Shown: piece by piece, positions 21,956-35,228 of the stretch
Numbering within the stretch: position 1 is the first letter of the stretch
Layout: each line of letters begins with the position of its first letter
NCBI RefSeq assembly: GCF_037042905.1
Contig: NC_087246.1
Coordinates: 46,624,001-46,688,000 of the forward strand
Length of the DNA: 64,000 nucleotides
Direction of reading: 5' to 3'
From: Lytechinus pictus
Taxonomy: Eukaryota
Position numbers and translations under genes: made by a program
Notes under the pieces: generated by a model
Seen by the model: only the letters and a program-made list of their open reading frames with translations
The model's database searches: none
Told to the model about the DNA's origin: nothing

Positions 21956-21993
21956 CACAAGCTTTCGGCCATAATTGGGCCTTCTTCAGGTAT
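21956..21993 (-). ncRNA. Candidate minimal hammerhead ribozyme in a Penelope-like terminal fragment
   Basis: Minus strand reads ac-CTGAAGA-a-ggcc(caattat)ggcc-GAAA-gctt-gt: both catalytic boxes, a 4-bp stem II and a palindromic AAGCTT stem III; lies beside a (TA)n tract. Confidence 0.55.
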
Positions 21994-23995
21994 CTGAAGT
22001 ACAAGAGAAACAAGTGGCCATAATGTACAAACAAATTTGCGGAATATGTATACACAGAAGAATGTTACTACAACTAAAGTAAGGCTAATTTAGGTCGTAA
22101 TTTAAGTCGTTGAAGTCAATAAGTATTGGCAGCCGCCTTATGAAAATCTATAAACAGACGTCTTAAATTACGACCTAAATTTGATGAACCTCCAGTCAAC
22201 CTTGTGAACTTGTGTTTATTATATATATATATATACATATATTTATATGTATCTATATACATGTATATATGAAGTACTAATAAAAATTAATAATTTTTTT
22301 TGCTCAAAGTAAGCATTGGAACTTATGATATCGAAAAAAATAATATTTTTTCGAATAACTTTTTTTAAGGCTACAGTTGGGGTGTGTGTGGGGTTGTATT
22401 GAAAAAAGTGTGGGTTTTAAAATTGTGCGAGCTCTTGTTTAGCCGTTTGTCGCAGAACAGACCACAAAAGAAAATGCATTCAAACAATGGTCCTTTCATG
22501 GGATATCGAGAGATTATTAAGAAACAATAATTGTCTTTGTAAATATAGGATTACAGATATTCGGGTTATAGATTTTTTTTTTTTACCCATGAAATTTATT
22601 TGGCCTTATTACCAATTTTTTTTAAAATATTTCCTGATGATCTATACGACTAAATTTACTTTTAGTATTTCGAATTCATGTATGTCACTAAACAAATATT
22701 GTGTGCGCGAAGCACAAACTGAAATTCTTTGATATACTGACCTGAAAAAGGGACGTCTGTTAAGACGTCTCAAGGAATGACCGGAGAGTTTTCACTCCGC
22801 AACGTACGAAATTTTAAAGAACACATACATTTATTAAAAATGCCCGTCTAACGACGTACAGCTGGGAGGTCTTTGTCGAAAATTGGTGATCCGGAACAGC
22901 ATGAAGTATCGTCCTAAGTTTCGGAGCTGACAAATAATTTGAGTCAAGGACTTCATCATCATCATCTGCTGTAATCTTCAAAGGGCTCTGCAGCCTATCT
23001 CGAAGATGAAATTAGACTTGGACGCACGTTATGATGAGTGGGGGATATTTTCAAGGTGACTTAAGAGCCGTTTTGATTAGCAAATTTTCGACAAAGACTT
23101 CTTGGTCATTCTTTGTCGTGAAGGACATTTTGACCAAAAAAAATCTCTGTTCTTGTATTCTCCGTACATCGCTGTGCGAAAACTCGACGCAGAACCCTTG
23201 AAGAACGTAAAAAATGAGTTACACACATGCACACAAACCTGGTACAGGAGAACAACTTTTGAAGCCCCCCCCCCCCGTTGTCTTGAAATCATGCTTTTAT
23301 TTGACTCCCCTTCTTCAACCCACCCTTTCGAGAAAGCCTCCCCCTCCCCATGCAGTTTTCTCGGAAGGGTGCGGCCACCCTCTCACGCTCCGCGAACGAA
23401 GACTGTCCTCACAAGCCAGCATGGGGAAAGGAGGAGAGGGGGTCTCACGAAAGTTGTCAGCACTGACTAGATTATTGTCAGCGCTGACAATTTCAGTGAA
23501 ATTCTTGGATTTGGATGGCTGAGATACACTGGCCTCTGAATGTTACTATGGTAACTGTCGGAGAAAGTCAACTTTTTAAAGCAAACAACTCTTATGAAAC
23601 GGTCGCCTGTTGTAAACATGGCACTGTTTCATTTATCTTCGGAATGTTAATGGAAACTCTTTAAGTATCTCTCACACAGCTCGTTTAATTGCTTTTAAGT
23701 GGTTTGGGGAAATTCCACTTACGATCTCGATTGTATGATAATAACATATTATAAAATCTGAATAGATATGACACTGTCTACTAGTTAAGCGAAGTTTTGG
23801 TTTCTTTTATCATGTTTTTCAATACATTGAATATGTAAGAACATTTGAAGTTGAGGCCAATGTAACGATGTAAGGAGTATACAACATTAATCTTGATATT
23901 TCAAATGTTTCAACCATAAACAGCATGGTTGTCGAAATGTCGCCATGAATGATACTCGGCTTTTATTTCCACTTTCTTGTGCAGTAAATGCATCG

Positions 23996-24327
23996 GTTTA
24001 TTTTCATTTGGTCCAATGCCAATTCGTCCTATTGCCAACTCGTCTGCTATCATTTGGTCTATCATCAGTTCGTCCAATATCCACACGGTCTAACTGCCAT
24101 TTCGTCCACTCACCATTTCGCCTAATAACCAGTTGGTCCAATAGTCATTTAGTCCATATACCAGTCTAATTGTCAATTTGGGCAAAATGAATGAAAATAA
24201 AAACGAATATCAGACCAACTGGTAATGAGACGGAATGGTCATAGACGAACTGGTGATAAGACGAAATAATGATTGGACCAAATGGATGTTAGACGAAATG
24301 TTGATGGACGGAATGGCAATTTACCCA
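23996..24327. mobile_element. MITE built of ~15-bp subrepeats in inverted arms
   Basis: Left catt(t)cgtcc/ggtccaa units, right agacgaa/ggacgga/ggaccaa units; ends ggttta... / ...tttaccc. Confidence 0.7.
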
Positions 24328-24639
24328 CGCATTCCCTTATATTACTACTGTATCAGTTACCAGATGATAAAAACATAAATCGCTCGCAGACTTTTTTGCA
24401 AATTAATGATTTATTACAAAACTACCAGAACAGATAAACATTGTGCGTGATATGAATAAATAATTAAATACACGTACAAACTGAGGTCCATTCAGACAGG
24501 AATAATGTATTCATATCTCAAAGGGATAGTGGGATGGAGACACTATTATGTCTTTAGGAGTACCTGGAAAACTTCGCCAGGAAGGGAAAATATTCGGACA
24601 AGCCTCCACTCCCAGAAAAAAAAAATGGAAATACCATTA

Positions 24640-24900
24640 GAGATGATAAAATAGATGTTGAAAATCCACATTTTATTGTTCGAAATAGACATGAAATGGA
24701 ATACTCGATCGTGGGCCCAGCAGCCGCTGTGCAGCGCCAGATAGACGAGGCCCTATCCCTTAAATTATTGAACGCCAAACAGGGTACGGTAGCAGCAACT
24801 CTAATCTTTTAACGTCTTTAGGTCTGACACTCTGACGCTACCGGCGTTTTAACTCCGGACCTCTCGGTTGTGAGACGGACGCTCTACCGACTGAGCCTAC
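24640..24900 (-). mobile_element. tRNA-derived SINE
   Basis: Minus strand ggctcagtcggtagagcgtccgtctcacaaccgagagg... (A box, tRNA-like head); body shared with 60115-60366. Confidence 0.8.
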
Positions 24901-25372
24901 ATTCCGTTCTTTCGAGGAGCACTCGAAAAAAAAGGCATCGTTTGTAATCCCATCTGAGGGCAGGGTGTGCTCTCTTTAACGCCTATGTTTTTATGTCATC
25001 ATGAAGGATAGATCTATCCAGATATTCATAACCAAACAACCAAATTTAATTCTCTAATGTGTCTTAAACATAGGAAATCCACTACAACTACTACGATTAT
25101 ACGACTGATGTCAACTGTACTGAAAGGGAAATGTACTTGACGATAAGACCGCAAATCACGTACCCATGGTACCATATAGAGTCAATAAAAATGGCTTGTG
25201 TCATCACATCGAGTTATCACGTCGGGTCGGGTAATCGCGTATACCCGACCATTCGTGAAAAGGACCCCCTAAATTCCGAAAGGTCGGGTCCAGTTTACCC
25301 AATGTTTTGTGAAAATGATTGCAAAATTATCGAATGGTCAGTTAAAGTGGACCCTACGTTTCGGGAATTTAG

Positions 25373-25905
25373 GGCAGGGGCGGCGAAACCGTAGGGGGGG
25401 GGGGGGCAGGGGCACAATTCATTTTGAAAAAGGGCATTTTGATTTTTTTTTCAAAATGAAAATGCCCTTTTTTCAAAATGAATGTGCCCTTTTTCAAAAT
25501 GAAATATCCTCAGTATTGAGGTAAAACCTAAGACATTTTAGGCAAAAAAAAAAAACATTTTTGGCTCGCGCTTTGCGCACGCATCAATTATTGTTCAGTA
25601 AGGCATTCAACCTGTTCATGGTTACAAAAATGCTTAGAATTTCCGGTAGAAACATCACGAATTTTCAGCTCGCGCTTGCATAATTCAATTGGTGAGATAT
25701 CCTATTCATGGGTAACTAAATGCAGTCGTTTACAGGTTCCTTTTCTGGTCAGCATATCAAAAATTTCAGCTTGTGTTTCGCGCTCGTGTTAATTCTTTAG
25801 TTAGATACACATCTTTTTCATGATTACAAAAACTGCTCAGAATGTTTGATTTTCATGTCTTATTATATGAAATGTCCAAAAGTTTGAGCTCTCGATTCGC
25901 GCTCA
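25373..25905 (+). mobile_element. Fragment related to the hAT-like family (gctcgcgc...cgctc motifs)
   Basis: Periodic ttcagctcgcgc / tcgcgctc motifs as in 18640-19100. Confidence 0.55.
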
Positions 25906-26828
25906 CATCATCTCCCAAGGATGCCCTTTTAACAATAATTAGCGCCGTAATTAACCAAAAATGCAATTTTGACTGGTTTGACTCCACATCAACTGCACAG
26001 ACTTCAGCGTCTGCAGAACATGGCCGCACGTCTTGTGTCCCTTCAAAGAAAGAGAGTCCACATTACTCCAATTCTGCGTGACCTACATTGGCTGCCTGTA
26101 AACCAGAGAATAGCCTATAAACTTGGGGTCCTCGTATTTAAAGCGCTTAAAGTATACATCCAAAGAATCAAAAGTATTTTATAATGACTTTATGTGGTCA
26201 TCATTGTAAAGGGGAAGTATACTAATCAGATATATAACTTCACTTTTCAAAATAGTGATCAGAGTTTGCAGAAATCAGCTCTCAAAAATGATTTATTTTC
26301 ATGCCATATTTCTGCCTTCCACCGGTCCTCTTGCGAGCTCCAGCTGAGTGACGTCACACAATGAGCAGTGAGCAGCTGAGCTGACAGCAGCCCATTGGAG
26401 ACAATCTTTCCAATCAGCGTTTTTTGCTCTTAGAATTGTTTATTGCTCTTAATATTGGTCTTGTTATATAGATAAAAGTTTGAATTTACTGAACAGTGAA
26501 AAAAAGTGCACATTTAACGTATTTTGGTAACCGATATTTAGCTTAGAATTTTTTTTTTTTTCAAGAAATATATGTGAATAAACAAAGCATATTTTCACGT
26601 AGAAATCACACTTGCGTCACATTAATATTATAATCAATATAAAGCATAGACATTCTTCTTTATGACTGAACAAAAATCATGAAATTTCATTAAGTAGCAA
26701 AGTCAGGAACCACAAAAAAAACACAGCAATATCCATCGCGAAATGACTGAAATTGCAGTTGAATTGCCGAAGCATTATTAGGCAACAGCGGCGAGCGGAC
26801 TTTATTACATATATTTAAAAAATGCCTT

Positions 26829-26916
26829 TCCGGTAGGGCAATGGTCTGTGGCCAAATGCGTTGGCCATTGTTTTGTCATGTGCGAGGACCCTGGTTCGAA
26901 ACTCGGATTTTTTTTT
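26829..26916 (+). pseudogene. tRNA-like Pol III unit (A box, B box, T-run) inside the Kolobok-like element
   Basis: tggtctgtgg (A-like) ... ttgtcat ... ggttcgaaac (B box) followed by T9; cloverleaf imperfect. Confidence 0.45.
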
Positions 26917-28414
26917 CTGGGCATTTTTGTTTTATTCCTTCCCCGTCCCTACCCATCTTTTTTTCTCTTTTTATTTTCTTGTGAAATTCTATTCAGACCT
27001 GTATTTATCAAATCTTGCTTATTAATTGCTGCTTTTGATTTTCAAGTTCTTGATTAGATTATTTCTACTCTTATTTGGGATGGGAGGGGTAGAGTTAAAA
27101 GTCAAGTCCACATCAACTAAAAATTATTTGAATAGAGTAATTTCCCTTGTTGTTTTTACTCAAAACAGTCATATACACAAAACAATGATATGCAAATTAG
27201 AGTTGTCACTCACATCACATTCGTTTCTATTTTTTGTGGCATTTTGTTTTTTATTCTTTGCAGATTTGACGATAGGAAACTCTTCATCTGATCACAATAG
27301 GTTATATTTACGGAACTGTTAAAATAGTAATTATATAAATTTGAATCAAAGTTTTAATGAAATTTCCTGCAATATCTTGTTATTTTTCTTTAAATTCAAA
27401 TGAATTTTTGATTGCGTGGACTTCTCCTTTACTCTTAATGTAGGGAATGCATAGCAAAATTTATCCAGAAACAAAATTGTCTTAGAATATGCAAATCAGT
27501 AATTGGACACATGTTCACTTTTCTTTCATCCAGGCCACTTCCTCACATCCACCAGGCTTTCAGTCTTATAACAAAAATGATGAACATCACACAACAGCAC
27601 ACTACATTCACAGTGCTTCACAATAAATATTTCACTTCTGTTCATACATGCAATAAATATTGTGGAAAACAAATAAAAGGCGTACCCATATTCAAATACC
27701 GTTTAAAAGGACAAATATATTATACTTTTCGAGAAAAATCAGCACGTTAAATATCTGATAACAAAACATAATTATGGGGCACTGCAAGAAACTTATGTTC
27801 AATTGCAAATCAAGCGTAAGTCTTAAATTCAAATTCAAGCGTAATAAGGTCGAGTTGCAATCGCAATTCAACTACATGTTTAATCAAAGGACTTACCCTT
27901 GATTTGGGACGTGTGATCGAGTATAACATTTCTCGCAAAATGCCCTAGTAACATTAAAATTGTTCTTTCGTTTTAAATTGTGTGTTATTATTTTTGACAA
28001 GCTGTATTCCTGTCCAAGTCAAATTTCTTAGTTCTCTCCAAAACTGTGCTCAAAATTGTTTCCAAGATTGATAAAGAAAATTTTTCTTTTGTATCATTAT
28101 CAGTCCACAACTTGCAAACCGTAGGTCCTGGAAAGAGTGAAGAAAAAAATGGCTATATCCAAATCATAGTAAAAGGACATGATGGAATCTCCCAGATTGA
28201 GGTAGCAAGCAGAGACCAGAAGTCACCAGAGTCAGCAAGTGTGCAGATCTGTGTGTAGAAGAGAGAAAAAAAGAAATAGTTTAAATAATCAAATCAAAGT
28301 ATGAATTTAATTATCGTGATGATTGATGACGTGCGGTGGCATGTAATTCCCGGTCAACAACAAATGATAGTAGGTTAAGACACCTGAAAAGTTCCACTCA
28401 GAACACTGGTGCTC

Positions 28415-28563
28415 TACCTCAAGTGATGTTTGTGTAGGCCCCACTCCACTTCACTACCGCTACACTACCGTACATGTACGCCACACCTACCCGGGTAGGT
28501 GTGTAGCGTAGTGTAGGCTGTAGCAGTAGTGAAGTGGAGACTACACGAACATCACTTGAGGTA
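28415..28563. mobile_element. 149-bp palindromic MITE (8-bp TSD, hAT-like)
   Basis: tggtgctc|tacctcaagtgatg ... catcacttgaggta|cggtgctc. Confidence 0.8.
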
Positions 28564-30915
28564 CGGTGCTCTCTGAGTCTCTGTGTCATTACAAAGATTG
28601 CATTTATCTTCATTGTTGAAGGCATTACGCATGCATATATGCAGCAACACTCTAATCAGAAAGAAACACCAGACTCTAATTTTGGCCCACCCAAGGGTTC
28701 ATTCATGCCGCCGCGCACAGAAAATTCAAGCCATAGAAGTCGTGTGTTGTGGACCCAAGAAGTGAGATCCCAGCACGCGCGACCCACTAGTTAGAAATCC
28801 ACTGCCAAACGCGGTTCGTGGTGCGAGGTTAGTATACTAATACTAACCTCGCAATACGTGTGAGTGATTTTGGCCAGGAATCAGGGTAATCACTGCTGAA
28901 AATTTGTCTGGCTTCATGACATCGGCATCATGGTGATATAATTCTGTGTATAATAAAAACTTAAACATTCCTCTGAAACAGCAGATTTTCAGCCATGGTC
29001 CATACCAGTGCTCCTAAATAATTTAATCGCCTGCCTGAGTCCTGAACAGTTTTAGAAATCTGAAGAAAAAATCTGCTGGAATTGTGCAAAAACATTATTT
29101 CTAAAATAAAGACTTTTTAATTTTAATAGTATACGCCAAAATGCATGATTCTAAACTTATATCAGATCTGTATATGTCATCTGACCTGAATGCATCGTCA
29201 GAACAAGTAGAGTTTCCAAACATGCTTACCTTGACTTTTGACTGGATCAAACAGCGTAACCTGCAACATGCATCGGGAGCAAGTGAATGGGACCGTGCAG
29301 CTTGGAGTTTTTCAATAGTTAGTAGAGCAACACAACGAAGACTGTCGAGTGGACAAAATCGATCTTTCCAGTTCACAATTCAATAAAAACCGGGCAAAAT
29401 AACACAGTTCTGGTTCCCTTATAGTCTGAAGTTGTCGAAAACAGAATTCGGATATCACAATACATGAAGAAAACGGTAAATTCGAAGAAAAATAGAGACC
29501 AGGAAGGTGAATCAGCTATCAGTGTACTGCTGGCTTGCACAGAGCTAGAGAGCGGCTGAGTGAGTCGATCATCATGTGACGTCATTATTCTCGACTGTAT
29601 TTGATAGCGTTATTGTCTGTCTGGGGGCGGCTGGGGGGCTGAGAAGGGTCTCTAATAATTTCATTTCTTGCATTTCCACGACATCAATAAGACTTTTTAG
29701 TGACATATTTGTGTATAAAAATACAAGACCTTTCCATTCATATATAATTTGTCTATAATCATCACTTTCGTGAATTTTCTTTGGATGTATACTTTAACGA
29801 TAAATCTCCACCCTACATATCAGAGCTCTTATCTCAGCATAGACCAACACGCAGTCTCAGATCAGCAGATCAAGCATTGCTGACAGAATCTCTCAGCCAC
29901 ACAACTTGGGGTGACAGAGCCTTCTACATCTCTGGACCAAAGCTGTGGAATAGCCTTCCCCAATTTATCAGGAGAGCAGAGACCCAATCAACTTTTGAGT
30001 CTTACCTGAAGACTTTTCTGTTCCCCACTCCAACATTATTGCAAGAATAACTCAATTGTAGCATTACTAGGACAGTACTTGAACTGAATGATGATCCTAA
30101 GCACTGTTTGAAGACAATGAAATTTGTGAGATATTTCCTATTTTTGAGCAAGCGCCATGAGCGCCCAGCTGAGGCGGATACCGGCGCTATACAAGAACCC
30201 ATCATCATTATCATCATCAAAAAGCAAGCTTTACAACTACAGATTTGAAAAATTTCCCAAGCAATAAAAAAATGCCTAAATATATATCTTATCAATCAGA
30301 AATCACTTTAAAAGGGATTTGTTCAACTTAATTACTATAAAACACACAACTACTTCACGCAGATGGTAATCTCATGGTGAAAATATCCGTTTGCACCTAA
30401 ATACACATTTTGACCTATAAGTGCCCCTTCTAGCTTTGCCCCCCCCCCAAAAAAAAAAAAAAAAAAACGTTCCACCGCCCCTGATTTAGGGGGTCGCTTT
30501 CTCGAATGGTCGGGTAGGCTGTACACGATTGCCCGAGCCGACGCGATAATCCCATGGTATGGCACAAGCCATAAAAACACACTCTTTACATATCGTAAAT
30601 TATTGTGTATGATTGTGTTAATGGGACAATATGACAAGTGAGGGTATATATCTTACATGTAATTATGTATAAATTTTGGATGTGTAGATTGTACAGAACT
30701 ACTGCATTGGCCCGACCTACAGGACACGACCTCGTTCTATATCAGAATCCCTAATCGCCAATATACACAGTCTTAAACAACGAATTCACAGTGCTAAAGG
30801 TTACTTAATATTTAGCTTTCTTCGGGAGGGTGTGAGTAGAAAACTTGTAAGACAACTTTTTTTATGGAGTACCTGTTTCCGACACTCGTTTCAACTCGTG
30901 TGAAATAAAACGAGT

Positions 30916-31985
30916 TTAAAGATGTTGCTCTGTAGTATTACAGGAGATCGGATAGTTCCACTTAATGAATTCCTGGTCCCCTTTGTCCAGTTTCAAGCCC
31001 AAGTAGAAACCAATGGCGGTAAAGAGAAGGGTGGGGGTAATCTCTCTGGGGTTGTCCGCGTTGATCTCGTGCAGGTACTTGTTGATGGCCCGCCAGTAAC
31101 TTTTGTATGCATACCTCTGATTCTTGGCGATTTCGTACTTCAGCCGCTTCCAAACGTGCTCCAGGTTCAGCCCACCTATTGCTATGCATGGGACCACGAA
31201 GAACATGACCTTCTGCGCGCTGACGAGAATGTTGAGAGATCTTATGAGATCGGGAGTGCGATGGGGGTCATGAACATCCATGTTGCTGTAGATGAGATAG
31301 TTCCAGGTGAGGTGAGCGGTCAGTCCCCAAGTGGCGACGACCATGGTGAATGCCATCCACCACCGGATCAAACGACGCAGAATGTGGTAATGCTCGTAGA
31401 AGCTCAGTATCCGTCTGCGTACCCCGTCTATATTCTTCGCGGAGGCCTGGTCGCGCGCGAATTTGGAAATCTGACGCACCTCGCATTGAAACGAAACGCG
31501 CTCGATGTGGATGAGATAGCAAAAACAGCCGTAAAAGATGTACCCGACAAGAGCGCTCCAGTGAGAGACTTCTTTGTAGACTGCCAAGCGACTGTGACAG
31601 TTAGATCCGATCCGGTAATCGTTGGCCAACCTGAGCGTAGCATTCGTAATCGGCCATGCGAGGAAGCAGACGAGACGAAACCAGGACAGACCTTTGGCGC
31701 CAAAACGTGAGCCAGTCAAAATCTTTACGCGCCTCGACAAGAATCCACGAAAGAGCGGAGAACCTTGCCTGTAACGCGTTCCCATGGTGATGAAGCCAAT
31801 CCGGGAGAAGAGGCATGCGAATGGAATGACCATTACCTGAAAGAGGTAAGTGGAGTAAGACACAAGGTGAAGGATGTCGCTTTTCTTTCCCCAGAAGTTT
31901 CTGAAGTAAGTCTGGAAATCATACGTCAACAGAGCGCACGACAAAAGAAGATAAAGGACAGCGATGACGTCAGAGATCAGACGAC
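30916..31985 (-). CDS. Multi-pass membrane protein, large terminal exon (candidate GRL/7TMIC family)
   Basis: GC-rich open frame after tatttcag| (phase 1); about seven hydrophobic segments. Confidence 0.88.
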
Positions 31986-34831
31986 CTGAAATATAATTAT
32001 ATACAAATTGAGAGGATTTACAATTGGATAATATTTGTGAATTGCCTTCAAAGGCGGCAATGATAATGAGATGCCTATGTAGAAGGAAATGGTCCTGCCC
32101 CTTCCCCATATCAAGATTCCATCAATATAGTCATTTCCAACATGCAATGTATGCCCGTGTATAGTAGTAGTACATCATGTCTTTATTAAGGATCAAGCAT
32201 AACAAGATCCAGGCCCGGCAACCTATCAGGTTGGCCGGCAGGTTAAAATTACATTATTACATGATACATAAATCACAGTATATTATACATTACAATCATA
32301 ATACATTATTATACTACTGTTCGATACAGTAATATACCCCTTAATTATGCGGCTGATAGCAGCATAATTTGTTCGTAAAATCGGAGGAGGACCAGAGTTA
32401 TCCGCATTATTTTGATGCTGCAAGTATCCGCATAATAGCAGCATCGGGACAATATTTTGAGTTTATGAACGTATTTCCAAATAATGCGGATAATTGCCAT
32501 GGTGCGGTCACAAGGTCACCCTTTTCCAACACAACCGCATCGGAGGGGGCGTGTCCAGTTGTCATGACGATTATCCGCCTTTTTCAGGACGGGCGCTCGT
32601 AAAAATAATGCGGATAATTTTCGGAGTTTGTGAACGCAATTTTTATTGAATTATCCGCATTACTATTAGGCGGCTAATTGGAGGATAGGTTTATGAAAGA
32701 TTGATAAAATCCCAACAGAAGATGACCAACACCAATCAACCCAAAGTGTGCCCCCCTTTTTTAAAGTGAAAAGTGAAGACCTTTTTTTTTTTTCCTTGTC
32801 AAACTTTTTCGTGGACGAAATGATGCCCTTCATTTTTTATTAAAAACCTTTTAATCAACCTGTTAATTTCATAACCAATCATTATAATTGTGTTAGCGAA
32901 ATAGGAAGAAAAAATATGTCTACTTTATTCTTATATGTATTGTCTTCAAAGTACGATTTTACCCAAAGCAGAGCCATTTTGATTATTTTAGTGTCTCTGC
33001 TGATTCAAAAAGTTTCATGTAGCGCCATCTTCCATCTCAATGATCAATTAGTATTCTGCTGGTTTCATGGGCATAAAACATTTACCATAGACTAGTGTGT
33101 TAAAATGGCACTTTAAAAAATATCATTTAAAAATAATAATGTTTACTACCGGTGGACAGGATATATATCTGGCAATCCATATCTGACCAGGTAAGGGTCC
33201 CTCGACCGGCTTATTTTTAAAATAGATCGGCATTTATAAAGGCATCTCCTGAGGGATCAAATTCATCACTAGTCATGAAGCAGTAAAATAGCCCTTATCC
33301 TTTCTCCATGCAGTCAAAATATAGTTCCAAAGTTGGTGATATTTCTTCTCAATTAGGGAAAAGGAAGTTCAGTAATTACCAAAAATAGAATCAGTGTTAG
33401 ATGGACGATCATATTCATACACTTTGTAAATCAGCCATTTCAAAAAAAAAGAAAAGAGAATAGGTTGGCTCGAATGAATATCTGTATACCTTCCCGTTGT
33501 TAATAGCCCCGTGTGACTTGCTCATGATGAAAGTAAATCCATTGAGAAGTGAGTACGTAAAGAATGACAAACACATTCATGAAAGATTGGTTTATAATTA
33601 CCATTAAGAAGCAATTAATTTTTTATTTTCACATGATCATGGTATTGATGATTATACACCGTGTCGTATTTCATGATCATGATAACACAATTTTGTGTGG
33701 CATTCATGGTTTCAGAATTTCTCAAATGGGCTGTGTATATTACCGAGGCCATTGGCCGAGGTTAAAATATATAGTCCACGGTTATGACTGCACAGCTTGA
33801 AGTATGCTCTATCATGTCTATGTTATACAAGATGATTAGAAAAATATCAAAAGCCTTTAAAAAACATGGTTTAGATTGAAGCATCCACTACAGTCATAAT
33901 TAATATGTTTACAGCAAAATCATTATTACGTCACAAATTTATAGTATAGAAAAGTATGCAATGCAACATGCCCCATGTTGGGCCACATCATGGAGGCCCC
34001 CGTGGCCCCAAAGAGGTAGGTGGCATTTCGAAGGAGCGCAAAAACGTAAAAGAAAGAGAAAATGGAGATGATAAAGGATTTTCTCCTGGATTTCGCAGCT
34101 TCACCCCCCCCCCCTCATTTAGAAGTGAAATTAATGCATCAAAGCTTGTCTTTGTACTGTCTTTACAGGTTTCAAAGAGCACAAATCTTTTAAAGCTCGG
34201 TCGCTTTGCTCGATCTTATACGGTCCCACGTTGAATCGTAATTATATGCAACTTATTTTAATAGGGACCATCGGGGTCCAGAGATTGCAGTACTTTAAGA
34301 GTTTAAAATCAATGTGAAAAACAAATTTGACATCAAAGGACGGCGATTTGAAAGGGTTGAGACGTCGCAAAAATGAAATGTGACAAGTCCCATTTGAAGG
34401 CGAGCACAGTATTTAAACTAGTTTATTTAAACTTTAGAAACTTTAATTAAACTTGTTAAAGGGCTTTTTTTTGGGGGGGGGTAAAGATTGATCGCTCACA
34501 TGTTTCCAATCAAAATCGCACAATTTCTCGCCCATCATACTCTTGAAACTTTTTTTTTAAAGATAAAATCTAGGATTATGCGAGATGAATATTTCCAGAT
34601 TATGCGAGTCGGGTATAGAAATGGACAGAGCTATTGAAATTAAACATGTTATAAGTAATAAATTGGGGTAGATTATCGATATACTTGATCATATTGATTG
34701 TTAACTGAATAGTGTATTTGAAATGATCATTAATTTGTACAATCCCCTCCATTCAACACGAATTTGAAATCTTAAGTTGATTTTATTGTCTTGTTTTCAG
34801 ACATAACGTAACGATTTAAAATGATACGTAC

Positions 34832-35228
34832 GTTTTCTCTTGTTGACCATGTCGATTTTATTTTCGTTCTCGTCGAAAAGAACGCCGTCTGACGATTTTT
34901 CCAAATGGATTCCGTCATCGTCATCATGGTCATCACCCGGGAGCATGGTGACGACCGTATGCTTGCAATGGACGTTCAGGTTGGCCTTCGAAGGCGACAT
35001 CGGTGAGGGGCTCCACAGCCCGAGCAGCCCGAGGGTGAATTGGAGAACGGCTGGTAAAGATTGGTACGACCCATTCACGCGTTCTTTCCCGTTCCGTTGA
35101 CGGTCGTGGCTTGGGCTGGACGATGGGGAGGACGAAATACTCGACATGCTCGAGCTGTCCGATGAATAGGTGTCCCGCAAGGGGGTATGCTCGTCTAAGT
35201 GGTGGGCCATATCATGTATTCTATGCAT
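34832..35228 (-). CDS. Probable first coding exon of the membrane-protein gene
   Basis: ATG at 35228, GC-rich, Ser-rich N-terminus, LQFTLGLLGLW segment; donor c|gtacgt is phase 1 and joins in frame to 31985 (488 aa in total). Confidence 0.75.

Larger units (their letters stand above)
26151..29793. mobile_element. 3,643-bp non-autonomous Kolobok-like element
   Basis: ttaa|agtatacatccaaaga ... tctttggatgtatact|ttaa; removing it restores the L2 reading frame. Confidence 0.92.
25960..30218 (+). mobile_element. 5'-truncated L2 LINE split by a 3.6-kb TTAA insertion
   Basis: LQRLQNMAARLV...HITPILRDLHWLPVNQRIAYKLGVLVFKAL rejoins in frame with NDKSPPYISELL...WGDRAFYISGPKLWNSLP; L2-type 3' end with (CAT)n tail at ~30200-30218. 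Confidence 0.92.

Noticed and set aside
24840-24900. tRNA genes at SINE heads (also ~60305-60366, ~60995-61055)
   Set aside because: Degenerate B box or stems and attached to shared SINE bodies.
30922-31710. 262-aa plus-strand ORF
   Set aside because: Antisense shadow of the GC-rich membrane-protein exon.
31986-32109. N-terminal 41 codons of the 397-aa ORF
   Set aside because: AT-rich and upstream of a good splice acceptor; more likely intron.
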